64,000 nucleotides of DNA from NCBI RefSeq assembly GCF_009914755.1, contig NC_060933.1; one strand, 5' to 3'. The stretch is from the human T2T-CHM13v2.0 reference genome, Homo sapiens. Numbering within the stretch: position 1 is the first letter of the stretch; every line of letters begins with the position of its first letter. The position numbers were made by a program, and so were the translations under genes. This document shows, piece after piece, positions 1 to 15,039 of this stretch. A model generated the notes under the pieces. That model was not told where the DNA came from, ran no database searches, and was given only the letters and a program-made list of their open reading frames with translations.

Positions 1-129
1 TTCCTTTCCATTCCATTCCATTCCATTCTATTCGGGTTAATTCCATTCCATTCCATTCCATTCTATTCCAATCCATTGCAATCGAGTTGAATCCATTGCA
101 TTTCATTCCATTCCATTCCATTCCATTCC

Positions 130-144
130 ATTCCGGAAGATTCC
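130..144. promoter_or_regulatory. Heat-shock-element consensus match nTTCn-nGAAn-nTTCn (representative of ~35 copies)
   Basis: ATTCC GGAAG ATTCC is three alternating nGAAn pentamers. Binding is not demonstrated by sequence alone. Confidence 0.55.
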
Positions 145-1002
145 ATTCCATTGCATTCCATTCCATTCCATTCCCCTGCACTCGCGTTGATTCCATTCCA
201 TTCCATTCCATTCCATTCCATTCCATTCCATTCCGTTCCGTTCCGTTCCGTTCTGTTCCATTCCATTCCATTCCATTCCATTCCATTCCATTCCGTTCCG
301 TTCCATTCCATTCCATTCCATTCTATTCGGTTTAATTCCATTCCATTCCATTCGATGGCAATCGAGTTGATTCCATTCCATTCCATTCCATTCCATTCCA
401 TTCCATTCCATTCCATTCCTTTCCATTCCATTACGAATGATTCCATTCCATTGCATTCCATTCCATTCCATTCCCCTGTACTCGGGTTGATTCCATTCCA
501 TTCCATTCCAATCCATGCCATTCCACTCGTGTTGATTCCATTCTATCCATTCCATTCAAGTTGAATCCATTCCATTGCATTCCATTCCATTCGATTCCAT
601 TCGATTGCACTCGGGTTGATTCCATTCCATTGCATTCCATTCCATTCCATTCCATTCCATTCCGTTCCATTCCATTCCATTACATTCGGATTGATTCTAT
701 TCAATTCCCTTACACTCCATTACATTCCATTCCATTCGGGTAGTTTCCATTCCATTCCATTCCATTCTTCTCCATTCCATTGCACTCGGGTTGATTCCAT
801 TCCATTGCATTCCATTCCATTCCATTCAATTCCATTCCTTTCCATTGCATTCCATTACATTCGGATTGATTCTATTCAACTCCCTTACTCTCCAGTACAT
901 TCCATTCCATTCGGGTTGTTCCATTCCTTTCCATTCCATTCCACTCCATTCCATTGCACTCGGGTTTATTCCATTCCATTCCATTCCATTCCATTCCATT
1001 CC

Positions 1003-1017
1003 ATTCCAGAAGATTCC
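1003..1017. promoter_or_regulatory. HSE consensus match, CpG-free form
   Basis: ATTCC AGAAG ATTCC, also present at 15426, 16480, 16580 and 28371. Confidence 0.55.
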
Positions 1018-4000
1018 ATTCCATTGCATTCCATTCCATTCCATTCCCCTGCACTCGCGTTGATTCCATTCCATTCCATTCCATTCCATTCCATTCCATT
1101 CCATTCCTTTCCGTTCCATTCCATTCCATTCCACTCCAATCCATTCCGTTCCGTTCCGTTCCGTTCCATTCCATTCCATTCCATTCTATTCGGGTTAATT
1201 CCATTGCATTCCATTCGATTGCAATCGAGTTGATTCCATTCCATTCCATTCCATTCCATTCCATTCCATTCCATTCCTTTCCATTCCATTACGGATGATT
1301 CCATTCCATTGCATTCCATTCCATTCCATTCCCCTGTACTCGGGTTGATTCCATTCCATTCCATTCCAATCCATGCCATTCCACTCGTGTTGATTCCATT
1401 CTTTCCATTCCATTCAAGTTGAATCCATTCCATTGCATTCCATTCCATTCCATTCCCCTGCAGTCGCGTTGATTCCATTCCATTCCATTGCATTCCATTC
1501 CATTCCATTCCATTCCGTTCCGTTCCATTCCATTCCATTCCATTCTATTCGAGTTAATTCCATTCCATTCCATTCCATTCCATTCCAATCGATTTGATTC
1601 CATTCCATTCCATTCCATTCCATTCCACTCCATTCCAGTCCTTTCCATTCCATTCCAGTCGGGTTGATTCCAATGTATTCCTTTCCATTCCATTCCATTC
1701 CATTGCAGTCGAGTTGATTCCATTGCTTTGCATTCCATTCCATTCCATTCCATTCCGGATGATTCCATTCCATTGCATTCCATTCCATTCCATTCCCCTG
1801 CACTCGGGTTGATTCCATTCCATTCCACTCCATTCCATTCCATTCCATTCCATTCCATTCCATTCCATTCCATTCCATTACAATCGAGTTGATTCCATTC
1901 CATTAAATTCCATTCCAGTCCTTTCCATTCCATTCCACTCGTGTTGATTCCATTCTATTAATTTCCATTCCATTCCATTCCTTTCCATTCCACTCTGGTT
2001 GATTCCATTCCTTTCCATTCCACTCGAATACATTCCCTCCTATTCCACTCGGAACGATTCCATTCCATTACATTCCATTCCATTCCATTCCATTCCATTC
2101 CGTTCTATTTCGTTCCATTCCATTCTATTCCGTATCATTCCATTTCATTCCATTCCATTCCATTCCATTCCATTCCATTCCATTCCATTCCATTCCATTG
2201 TACTCGGGTTGATTCCATTCCATTGCATTCCATTCCATTCCATTCCATTCCATTCCGTTGCATTCCATTCCATTACATTCGGATTGATTCTATTCAACTC
2301 CGTTACTCTCCATTACATTCCATTCCATTCGGGTTGTTCCATTCCATTCCATTCCATTCCACTCCATTCCATTGCAGTGGGGTTGATTCCATTCCATTCC
2401 ATTCTTTTCCATTCCATTCCATTCCATTCCGGATGATTCCATTCCATTGCATTCCGTTCCATTACATTCCCCTGCACTCGCGTTGATTCCATTCCATTCC
2501 ATTCCATTCCATTCAATTCCATTCCATTACAATTCGTTCCATTCCATTCTATTCCGTACCATTCCATTCCATTCCATACCATTCCATTCCATTCCATTCC
2601 ATTCCATTCCTTTCCGTTCCATTCTGTTCCATTCCATTCCATTCCATTCTATTCTGGTTAATTCCATTCCATTACATTCCTTTCCATTCCATTACGGATG
2701 ATTTCATTCCATTGCATTCCATTCCATTCCATTCCCCTCTACTCGGGTTGATTCCATTCCATTCCATTCCAATCCATGCCATTCCACTCGTGTTGATTCC
2801 ATTCTTTCCATTCCATTCAAGTTGAATGCATTCCATTGCATTCCATTCCATTCCATTCCCCTGCAGTCGGGTTGATTCCATTCCGTTCCATTCCATTCCA
2901 TTCCATTCCATTCCATTCTGTTCCGTTCCGTTCCATTCCATTCAATTCCATTCTATTCGGGTTAATTCCATTCCATTCCATTCCATTCCATTCCATTCCA
3001 TTCCATTCCATTCCAATCGAGTTGATTCCATTCCATTCCATTCCATTCCAGTCCTTTCCATTCCATTCCAATCGGGTTGATTCCAATGTATTCCTTTCCA
3101 TTCCATTCCATTCCATTGCAATCGAGTTGATTCCATTGCTTTGCATTCCATTGCATTCCATTCCATTCCGGATGATTCCATTCCATTGCATTCCATTCCA
3201 TTCCATTCCCCTGCACTCGGGTTGATTCCATTCCATTCCACTCCATTCCGTTCCATTCCATTCCATTCCATTGTATTCGGGTTAATTCCATTCCATTCCA
3301 TTCCATTCCATTCCATTCCATTCCATTACAATCGAGTTGATTCCATTCCATTCCATTCCATTCCATTCCATTCCAGTCCTTTCCATTCCATTCCATTCCA
3401 TTCCATTGTACTCGGGTTGATTCCATTCCGTTGCATTCCATTCCATTCCATTCCATTCCATTCCATTCTGTTGCATTCCATTCCATTACGTTCGGATTGA
3501 TTCTATTCAACTCCCTTTCTCTCCATTACATTCCATTCCATTCGGGTTGTTCCATTCCATTCCATTCCATTCCACTCCATTCCATTGCACTCGGGTTGAT
3601 TCCATTCCGTTCCATTCCATTCCATTCCGGATGATTCCATTCCATTGCATTCCGTTCCATTACATTCCCCTGCACTTGCGTTGATTCCATTCCATTCCAT
3701 TCCATTCCATTCAATTCCATTCCATTACAATTCGTTCCATTCCATTCTATTCCGTACCATTCCATTCCATTCCATACCATTCCATTCCATTCCATTCGGT
3801 TCCATTCCGTTCCATTCCATTCCATTCCATTCTATTCGGGTTAATTCCATTCCATTCCATTCCATTCCATTCCATTCCATTCCATTACAATCGAGTTGAT
3901 TCCATTCCATTCCATTCCATTCCATTCCATTCCATTCCATTCCTTTCCATTCCATTACGGATGATTCCATTCCATTGCATTCCATTCCATTCCATTCCCC

Positions 4001-7000
4001 TGTACTCGGGTTGATTCCATTCCATTCCATTCCAATCCATGCCATTCCACTCGTGTTGATTCCATTGTTTCCATTCCATTCAAGTTGAATCCATTCCATT
4101 GCATTCCATTCCATTCAATTCCATTCGATTGCACTCGGGTTGATTCCATTCCATTGCATTCCATTCCATTCCATTCCATTCCATTCCATTCCATTCCGTT
4201 CCATTCCATTCCATTACATTCGGATTGATTGTATTCAATTCCCTTACACTCAATTACATTCCATTCCATTCGGGTAGTTTCCATTCCATTCCATTCCATT
4301 CCTCTCCATTCCATTGAACTCGGGTTGATTCCATTCCATTGCATTCCATTCCATTCCATTCAATTCCATTCCGTTCCATTCCATTCCATTACATTCGGAT
4401 TGATTCTATTCAACTCCCTTACTCTCCATTACATTCCATTCCATTCGGGTTGTTCCATTCCATTCCATTCCATTCCACTCCATTCCATTGCACTCGGGTT
4501 GATTCCATTCCATTCCATCCCATTCCATTCCATTCCATTCCGGAATATTCCATTCCATTGCATTCCATTCCATTACATTCCCCTGCACTCGCGTTGATTC
4601 GATTCCATTCCATTCCATTCAATTCCATTCCATTACAATTCGTTCCATTCCATTCTATTCCGTACCATTCCATTCCATTCCATACCATTCCATTCCATTC
4701 CATTCCATTCCATTCCATTCCATTCCGTTCCGTTCCATTCCATTCCATTGCATTCCATTCCATTCTATTCGGGTTAATTCCATTCCTTACCATTCCATTG
4801 CATTCCATTCTATTCCATTCCATTGCAATCGAGTTGAATCCATTGCATTTCATTCCATTCCATTCCATTCCATTCCATTCCGCAAGATTCCATTCCATTG
4901 CATTCCATTCCATTCCATTCCCCTGCACTCGCGTTGATTCCATTCCATTCCATTCCATTCCATTCCATTCCGTTCCGTTCCGTTCCGTTCCATTCCATTC
5001 CATTCCATTCCGTTCCGTTCCGTTCCTTTCCATTCCATTCCATTCCATTCTATGCAGGTTAATTCCATTCCATTCCATTCGATTGCAATCGAGTTGATTC
5101 CATACCATTCCATTCCATTTCATTCCATTCCATTCCATTCCTTTCCATTCTATTACGGATGATTCCATTCCATTGCATTCCATTCCATTCCATTCCCCTG
5201 TACTCGGGTTGATTCCATTCCATTCCATTCCAATCCATGCCATTCCACTCGTGTTGATTCCATTCTTTCCATTCCATTCAAGTTGAATCCATTCCATTGC
5301 ATTCCATTCCATTCCATTCCCCTGCAGTCGGCTTGATTCCATTCCATTCCATTCCATTCCATTCCATTCCGTTCCGTTCCATTCCATTCCATTCCATTCT
5401 ATTCGGGTTAATTCCATTCCATTCCATTCCATTCCATTCCATTCCAATCGAGTTGATTCCATTCCATTCCATTCCATTCCATTCCACTCCATTCCAGTCC
5501 TTTCCCTTCCATTCCAGTCAGGTTGATTCCAATGTATTCCTTTCCATTCCATTCCATTCCATTGCAATCGAGTTGATTCCATTGCTTTGCATTCCATTCC
5601 ATTCCATTCCATTCCGGATGATTCCATTCCATTGCATTCCATTCCATTCTAATCCCCTGCACTCGGGTTGATTCCATTCCATACCACTCCATTCCGTTCC
5701 ATTCCATTCCATTCCATTGTATTCGGGTTAATTCCATTCAATTCCATTCCATTCCATTCCATTCCATTCCATTCCATTACAATCGAGTTGATTCCATTCC
5801 ATTCCCTTCCATTCCAGTCCTTTCCATTCCATTCCACTTGGGTTGATTCCATTCTATTAGTTTCCATTCCATTCCATTCCCTTCCATTCCACTCTGGTTG
5901 ATTCCATTCCTTTCCATTCCACTCGAATACATTCCCTCCTATTCCACTCGGAACGATTCCATTCCATTCCATTCCAATCCATTCCATTCCATTCCATTCC
6001 ATTTCGTTACATTCCATTCTATTCCGTATCATTCCATTCCATTCCATTCCATTCCATTGTACTCGGGTTGATTCCATTCCATTGCATTCCATTCCATTCC
6101 ATTCCATTCCATTCCGTTGCATTCCATTCCATTACATTCGGATTGATTCTATTCAACTCCCTTACTCTCCATTCCATTCCATTCCATTCGGATTGTACCA
6201 TTCGATTCCATTCCATTCCACTCCATTCCATTGCACTCGCGTTGATTCCATTCCATTCCATTCCAATCCAGTCCTCTCCGTTCCATTCCATTCCTTTCCA
6301 TTCCATTCTATTCCGTTCCGTTCCGTTCCGTTGCGTTCCGTTCCGTTCCGTTCCATTCCATTCCATTCCATTCTATTCGGGTTAATTCCATTCCATTCCA
6401 TTCGATTTCAATCGAGTTGATTCCATTCCATTCCATTCCATTCCATTCCATTCCATTCCATTCCATTCCTTTCCATTCCATTACGGATGATTCCATTCCA
6501 TTGCATTCCATTCCATTCCATTCCACTGTACTCGGGTTGATTCCATTCCATTCCATTCCAATCCATGCCATTCCACTCGTGTTGATTCCATTCTTTCCAT
6601 TCCATTCAAGTTGAATCCATTCCATTGCATTCCATTCCATTCCATTCCCCTGCAGTCGGGTTGATTCCATTCCATTCCATTCCATTCCATTCCATTCCAT
6701 TCCATTCCATTCCGTTCCGTTCCATTCCATTCCATTCCTTTCTATTCGGGTTAATTCCATTCCATTCCATTCCATTCCATTCCAATCAAGTTGATTCCTT
6801 TCCATTCCATTCCATTCCATTCCATTCCATTACACTCCATTCCAGTCCTTTCCATTCCTTTCCACTCGGGTTGATTCCAATGTATTCCTTTCCATTCCAT
6901 TCCATTCCATTGCAATCGAGTTGATTCCATTGCTTTGCATTCCATTCCATTCCATTCCATTCCGGATGATTCCTTTTCATTGCATTCCATTCCATTCCAT

Positions 7001-10000
7001 TCCCCTGCACTCGGGTTGATTCCATTCCATTCCACTCCATTCCGTTCCATTCCATTCCATTGCATTGTATTCGGGTTAATTCCATTCCATTCCATTCCAT
7101 TCCATTATAATCGAGTTGATTCCATTCCATTCCATTCCATTCCAGTCCTTTCCATCCCATTCCACTCGGGTTGATTCCATTCTATTAGTTTCCATTCCAT
7201 TCCATTCCCTTCCATTCCACTCTGGTTGATTCCATTCCTTTCCATTCCACTCGAATACATTCCCTCCTATTCCACTCGGAACGATTCCATTCCATTCCAT
7301 TCCATTCCATTCCATTCCATTCCATTTCATTCCATTCCATTCTATTCCGTATCATTCCATTCCATTCCATTGCATTCCATTCCATTTCATTCCATTCCAT
7401 TCCATTCCATTCCATTCCGTTGCATTCCATTCCATTACATTCGGATTGATTCTATTCAACTCCCTTACTCTCCATTACATTCCATTCCATTCGGGTTGTT
7501 CAATTCCATTCCATTCCATTCCACTCCATTCCATTGCACTCGGGTTGATTCCATTCCATTCCATTCCATTCCATTCCGGATGATTCCATTCCATTGCATT
7601 CCTTTCCATTACTTTCCCCTGCACTCGCGTTGATTCCATTGCATTCCATTCCATTCCATTCAATTCCATTCCATTACAATTCGTTCCATTCCATTCTATT
7701 CCATACCATTCCATTCCATTCCATACCATTCCTTCCATTCCATTCCATTCCATTCCATTTCATTCCATTCCGTTCCGTTCCGTTCCGTTCCGTTCCATTC
7801 CATTCCATTCCATTCTATTCGTGTTAATTGCATTCCATTCCATTCCATTCCATTCTATTCCATTCCATTGCAATCGAGTTGAATCCTTTGCATTTCATTC
7901 CATTCCATTCCATTCCGGAAGATTCCATTCCATTGCATTCCATTCCATTCCATTCCACTGCACTCGCGTTGATTCCATTCCAGTCCATTCCATTCCATTC
8001 CATTCCATTCCATTCCATTCCATTCCACTCCGTTCCGTTCCATTCCATTCCATTCCATTCCGTTCCGTTCCATTCCATTCCATTCCATTCTATTCGCGTT
8101 AATTGCATTCCATTCCATTCGATTGCAATCGTGTTGATTCCATTCCATTCCATTCCATTCCATTCCATTCCATTCCTTTCCATTCCATTACAGATGATTC
8201 CATTCCATTGCATTCCATTCCATTCCATTCCCCTGTACTCGGGTTGATTCCATTCCATTGCATTCCAATCCATGCCCTTCCACTCGTGTTGATTCCATTC
8301 TTTCCATTCCATTCAAGTTGAATCCATTCCATTGCATTCCATTCCATTCGATTCCATTCGATTGCACTCAGGTTGATTCCATTCCATTGCATTCCATTCC
8401 ATTCCATTCCATTCCATTCCATTCCATTCCGTTCCATTCCATTCCATTACATTCAGATTGATTCTATTCAATTCCCTTACACTCCATTACATTCCATTCC
8501 ATTCGGGTAGTTTCCATTCCATTCCATTCCATTCCTCTCCATTCCATTGCACTCGGGTTGATTCCATTCCATTGCATTCCATTCCATTCCATTCAATTCC
8601 ATTCCTTTCCATTCCATTCCATTACATTCGGATTGATTCTATTCAACTCCCTTACTCTCCATTACATTCCATTCCATTCGGGTTGTTCCATTCCATTCCA
8701 TTCCATTCCACTCCATTCCATTGCACTCGGGTTTATTCCAATCCATTCCATTCCATTCCATTCCGTTCCGTTCCATTCCATTCCATTCCGGAAGATTCCA
8801 TTCCATTGCATTCCATTCCATTCCATTCCCCTGCACTCGCGTTGATTCCATTCCATTCCATTCCATTCCATTCCATTCCATTCCATTCCATTCCATTCCT
8901 TTGTGTTCCATTCCATTCCATTCCATTCCATTCGATTCCGTTCCGTTCCGTTCCATTCCATTCCATTCCATTCTATTTGGGTTAATTCCATTCCATTCCA
9001 TTCGATTGCAATCGAGTTGATTCCATTCCATTCCATTCCATTCCATTCCATTCAATTCCATTCCTTTCCATTCCATTGCGGATGATTCCATTCCATTGCA
9101 TTCCATTCCATTCTATTCCCCTGTACTCGGGTTCATTCCATTCCATTCCATTCCAATCCATGCCATTCCACTCGTGTTGATTCCATTCTTTCCATTCCAT
9201 TCAAGTTGAATGCATTCCATTGCATTCCATTCCATTCCATTCCCCTGCAGTCGGGTTGATTCCATTCCATTCCATTCCATTCCATTCCATTCCATTCCAT
9301 TCCATTCCATTCCGTTCCGTTCCGTTCCATTCCATTCCATTCCATTGTATTCGGGTTAATTCCATTCCATTCCATTCCATTCCAATCGAGTTGATTCCAT
9401 TCCATTCCATTCCATTCCACTCCATTCCAGCCCTTTCTATTCCATTCCACTCGGGTTGATTCCAATGTATTCCTTTCCATTCCATTCCATTCCATTGCAA
9501 TCGAGTTGATTCCATTGCTTTGCATTCCATTCCATTCCATTCCATTCCGGATGATTGCATTCCATTGCATTCCATTCCATTCCATTCCCCTGCACTCGGG
9601 TTGATTCCATTCCATTCCACTCCATTCCGTTCCATTCCATTGCATTCCATTGTATTCGGGTTAATTCCATTCCATTCCATTCCATTCCATTAAAATCGAG
9701 TTGATTCCATTCCATTCCATTCCATTCCATTCCATTCCATACCAGTCCTTTCCATTCCATTCCACTCGGGTTGATTCCATTCTATTAGTTTCCATTCCAT
9801 TCCATTCCCTTCCATTCCACTCTGGTTGATGACATTCCTTTCCATTCCACTCGAATACATTCCCTCCTATTCCACTAGGAACGATTCCATTCCATTCCAT
9901 TCCATTCCATTCCATTCTATTCCATTCCATTCCATTCCATTCCATTTCGTTCCATTCCATTCTTTTCCGTATCATTCCATTCCATTCCATTCCATTCCAT

Positions 10001-11278
10001 TCCATTCCATTCCATTCCACTCGTGTTGATTCCATTCCTTTCCATTCCATTCGTTTTGAAGGCATTCCATTCCATTCCATTCCATTCCTTTCCATTGCAT
10101 TCCATTGTACTTGGGTTGATTCCATTCCATTGCATTCCATTCCATTCCATTCCATTCCATTCCATTCCATTCCATTCCATTCCATTCCATTCCGTTGCAT
10201 TCCATTCCATTACATTCGGATTGATTCTATTCAACTCCCTTACTCTCCATTACATTCCGTTCCATTCGGGTTGTTCCATTCCATTCCATTCCATTCCACT
10301 CCCTTCCATTGCACTCGGGTTGATTCCATTCCATTCCATTCCATTCCATTCCATTCCATTCCATTCCATTCCGGATGATTCCATTCCATTGCATTCCTTT
10401 CCATTACATTCCCCTGCACTTGCGTTGATTCCATTCCATTCCATTCCATTCCATTCCATTCCATTCAATTCCATTCCATTACAATTCGTTCCATTCCATT
10501 CTATTCCGTACCATTCCATTCCATTCCATACCATTCCATTCCATTCCATTCGGTTGCATTCCGTTCCATTCCATTCCATTCCATTGTATTCGGGTTAATT
10601 CCATTCCATTCCATTCCATTCCATTCCATTCCATTCTATTCCAATCCATTGCAATCGAGTTGAATCCATTGCATTTCATTCCATTCCATTCCATTCCATT
10701 CCATTCCTGAAGATTCCATTCCATTGCATTCCATTCCATTCCATTCCCCTGCACTCGCGTTGATTCCATTCCATTCCATTCCATTCCATTCCATTCCATT
10801 CCATTCCGTTCCGTTCCGTTCTGTTCCATTCCATTCCATTCCATTCCATTCCATTCCATTCCATTCCATTCCATTCCGTTCCATTCCTTTCCGTTCCATT
10901 CCATTCCATTCCATTCCATTCCATTCCATTCCATTCCGTTCCGTTCCATTCCATTCCATTCCATTCTATTCGGGTTAATTCCATTCCATTCCATTCGATT
11001 GCAATCGAGTTGATTCCATTCCATTCCATTCCTTTCCATTCCATTACGGATGATTCCATTCCATTGCATTCCATTCCATTCCATTCCCCTGTACTCGGGT
11101 TGATTCCATTCCATTCCATTCCAATCCATGCCATTCCACTCGTGTTGATTCCATTCTTTCCATTCCATTCAAGTTGAATCCATTCCATTGCATTCCATTC
11201 CATTCGATTCCATTCGATTGCACTCGGGTTGATTCAATTCCATTGCATTCCATTCCATTCCATTCCATTCCATTCCAT

Positions 11279-12104
11279 TCCATTCCATTCCATTCCGGAT
11301 GATTCCATTCCATTGCATTCCTTTCCATTACTTTCCCCTGCACTCGCGTTGATTCCATTGCATTCCATTCCATTCCATTCAATTCCATTCCATTACAATT
11401 CGTTCCATTCCATTCTATTCCATACCATTCCATTCCATTCCATACCATTCCTTCCATTCCATTCCATTCCATTCCATTTCATTCCATTCCGTTCCGTTCC
11501 GTTCCGTTCCGTTCCATTCCATTCCATTCCATTCTATTCGTGTTAATTGCATTCCATTCCATTCCATTCCATTCTATTCCATTCCATTGCAATCGAGTTG
11601 AATCCTTTGCATTTCATTCCATTCCATTCCATTCCGGAAGATTCCATTCCATTGCATTCCATTCCATTCCATTCCACTGCACTCGCGTTGATTCCATTCC
11701 AGTCCATTCCATTCCATTCCATTCCATTCCATTCCATTCCATTCCACTCCGTTCCGTTCCATTCCATTCCATTCCATTCCGTTCCGTTCCATTCCATTCC
11801 ATTCCATTCTATTCGCGTTAATTGCATTCCATTCCATTCGATTGCAATCGTGTTGATTCCATTCCATTCCATTCCATTCCATTCCATTCCATTCCTTTCC
11901 ATTCCATTACGGATGATTCCATTCCATTGCATTCCATTCCATTCCATTCCCCTGTACTCGGGTTGATTCCATTCCATTGCATTCCAATCCATGCCCTTCC
12001 ACTCGTGTTGATTCCATTCTTTCCATTCCATTCAAGTTGAATCCATTCCATTGAATTCCATTCCATTCGATTCCATTCGATTGCACTCAGGTTGATTCCA
12101 TTCC
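11279..12104 (+). repeat. Near-identical dispersed duplicate of 7560-8385 (offset 3719)
   Basis: Shared private variants (CATTACTTTCCCC, CATTCCTTCC, GAATCCTTTGC, CGCGTTAATTGC, GCACTCAGG). ORFs 7821..8102 and 11540..11821 translate identically. Confidence 0.9.
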
Positions 12105-12900
12105 ATTCCATTCCATTACAATTCGTTCCATTCCATTCTATTCCGTACCATTCCATTCCATTCCATACCATTCCATTCCATTCCATTCGGTTCCATTCCG
12201 TTCCATTCCATTCCATTCCATTCTATTCGGGTTAATTCCATTCCATTCCATTCCATTCCATTCCATTCCATTCTATTCCAATCCATTGCAATCGAGTTGA
12301 ATCCATTGCATTTCATTCCATTCCATTCCATTCCATTCCATTCCTGAAGATTCCATTCCATTGCATTCCATTCCATTCCATTCCCCTGCACTCGCGTTGA
12401 TTCCATTCCATTCCATTCCATTCCATTCCATTCCATTCCGTTCCGTTCCGTTCCTTTCTGTTCCATTCCATTCCATTCCATTCCATTCCATTCCATTCCA
12501 TTCCATTCCATTCCATTCCGTTCCATTCCTTTCCGTTCCATTCCATTCCATTCCATTCCATTCCATTCCATTCCATTCCATTCCGTTCCGTTCCATTCCA
12601 TTCCATTCCATTCTATTCGGGTTAATTCCATTCCATTCCATTCGATTGCAATCGAGTTGATTCCATTCCATTCCATTCCTTTCCATTCCATTACGGATGA
12701 TTCCATTCCATTGCATTCCATTCCATTCCATTCCCCTGTACTCGGGTTGATTCCATTCCATTCCATTCCAATCCATGCCATTCCACTCGTGTTGATTCCA
12801 TTCTTTCCATTCCATTCAAGTTGAATCCATTCCATTGCATTCCATTCCATTCGATTCCATTCGATTGCACTCGGGTTGATTCAATTCCATTGCATTCCAT
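12105..12900 (+). repeat. Duplicate of ~10470-11260 (offset ~1637-1647)
   Basis: Shared CTATTCCAATCC, CCTGAAGATTCC (10703/12340) and GATTCAATTCCATTGC. Confidence 0.8.
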
Positions 12901-15039
12901 TCCATTCCATTCCATTCCATTCCATTCCATTCCATTCCGTTCCATTCCATTCCATTACATTCGGATTGATTCTATTCAATTCCCTTACACTCAATTACAT
13001 TCCATTCCATTCGGGTAGTTTCCATTCCATTCCATTCCATTCCTCTCCATTCCATTGCACTCGGGTTGATTCCATTCCATTGCATTCCATTCCATTCCAT
13101 TCAATTCCATTCCGTTCCATTCCATTCCATTACATTCGGATTGATTCTATTCAACTCCCTTACTCTCCATTCCATTCCATTCCATTCGGGTTGTTCCATT
13201 CCATTCCATTCCATTGCACTCCATTCCATTGCACTCTGGTTTATTCCATTCCATTCCATTCCATTCCATTCCATTCCATTCCATTCCGGAAGATTCCATT
13301 CCATTGCATTCCATTCCATTCCATTCCCCTGCACTCGCGTTGATTCCATTCCATTCCATTCCATTCCATTCCATTCCATTCCATTCCATTCCATTCCATT
13401 CCTTTCCGTTCCATTCCATTCCATTCCATTCCATTCCAATCCATTCCATTCCGTTCCGTTCTGTTCCATTCCATTCCATTCCATTCTATTCGGGTTAATT
13501 CCATTCCATTCCATTCAATTGCAATCGAGTTGATTCCATTCCATTCCATTCCATTCCATTCCATTCCATTCCATTCCATTCCTTTCCTTTCCATTACGGA
13601 TGATTCCATTCCATTGCATTACATTCCATTCCATTCCCCTGTACTCGGGTTTATTCCATTCCATTCCATTCCAATCCATGCCATTCCACTCGTGTTGATT
13701 CCATTCTTTCCATTCCATTCAAGTTGAATCCATTCCATTGCATTCCATTCCATTCCATTCCCCTGCAGTCGGGTTGATTCCATTCCATTCCATTCCATTC
13801 CATTCCATTCCATTCCATTCCATTCCGTTCCGTTCTGTTCCATTCCATTCCATTCCATTCTATTCGGGTTAATTCCATTCCATTCCATTCCATTCCATTC
13901 CAATCGAGTTGATTCCATTCCATTCCATTCCATTCCATTCCACTCCATTCCAGTCCTTTCCATTCCATTCCAGTCGGGTTGATTCCAATGTATTCCTTTC
14001 CATTCCATTCCATTCCATTGCAATCGAGTTGATTCCATTGCTTTGCATTCCATTCCATTCCATTCCATTCCGGTTGATTCCATTCCATTGCATTCCATTC
14101 CATTCCATTCCCCTGCACTCGGGTTGATTCCATTCCATTCCACTCCATTCCATTCCATTCCATTCCATTCCATTCCATTACAATCGAGTTGATTCCATTC
14201 CATTCCATTCCATTCCAGTCCTTTCCATTCCATTCCACTCGGGTTGATTCCATTCTATTAGTTTCCATTCCATTCCATTCCCTTCCATTCCACTCTGGTT
14301 GATTCCATTCCTTTCCATTCCACTCGAATACATTCCCTCCTATTCCACTCGCAACGATTCCATTCCATTCCATTGCATTCCATTCCATTCCATTCCATTC
14401 CATTCCATTTCGTTCCATTCCATTCTATTCCGTATCATTCCATTTCATTCCATTCCATTCCATTCCATTCCATTCCATTCCATTCCATTGTACTCGGGTT
14501 GATTCCATTCCATTGCATTCCATTCCATTCCATTCCATTCCATTCCGTTGCATTCCATTCCATTACATTCGGATTGATTCTATTCAACTCCCTTACTCTC
14601 CATTACATTCCATTCCATTCGGGTTGTTCCATTCCATTCCATTCCATTCCACTCCATTCCATTGCACTCGGGTTGATTCCATTCCATTCCATTCCATTCC
14701 ATTCCGGATGATTCCATTCCATTGCATTCCGTTCTATTACATTCCCCTGCACTGGCGTTGATTCCATTCCATTCCATTCCATTCCATTCAATTCCATTCC
14801 ATTACAAATCGTTCCATTCCATTCTATTCCGTACCATTCCATTCCATTGCATACCATTCCATTCCATTCCATTCCATTCCATTCCGTTCCATTCCGTTCC
14901 ATTGCATTCCATTCCATTCTATTCGGGTTAATTCCATTCCTTTCCATTCCATTCCATTCTATTCCATTCCATTGCAATCGAGTTGAATCCATTGCATTTC
15001 ATTCCATTCCATTCCATTCCATTCCATTCCGGATGATTC

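Noticed and set aside
690-705. DUX4-like site in TTGATTCTATTCAA
   Set aside because: The reverse strand reads GAATAGAATCA, which misses the TAA half-site of TAAYBBAATCA. The match is too weak to call.
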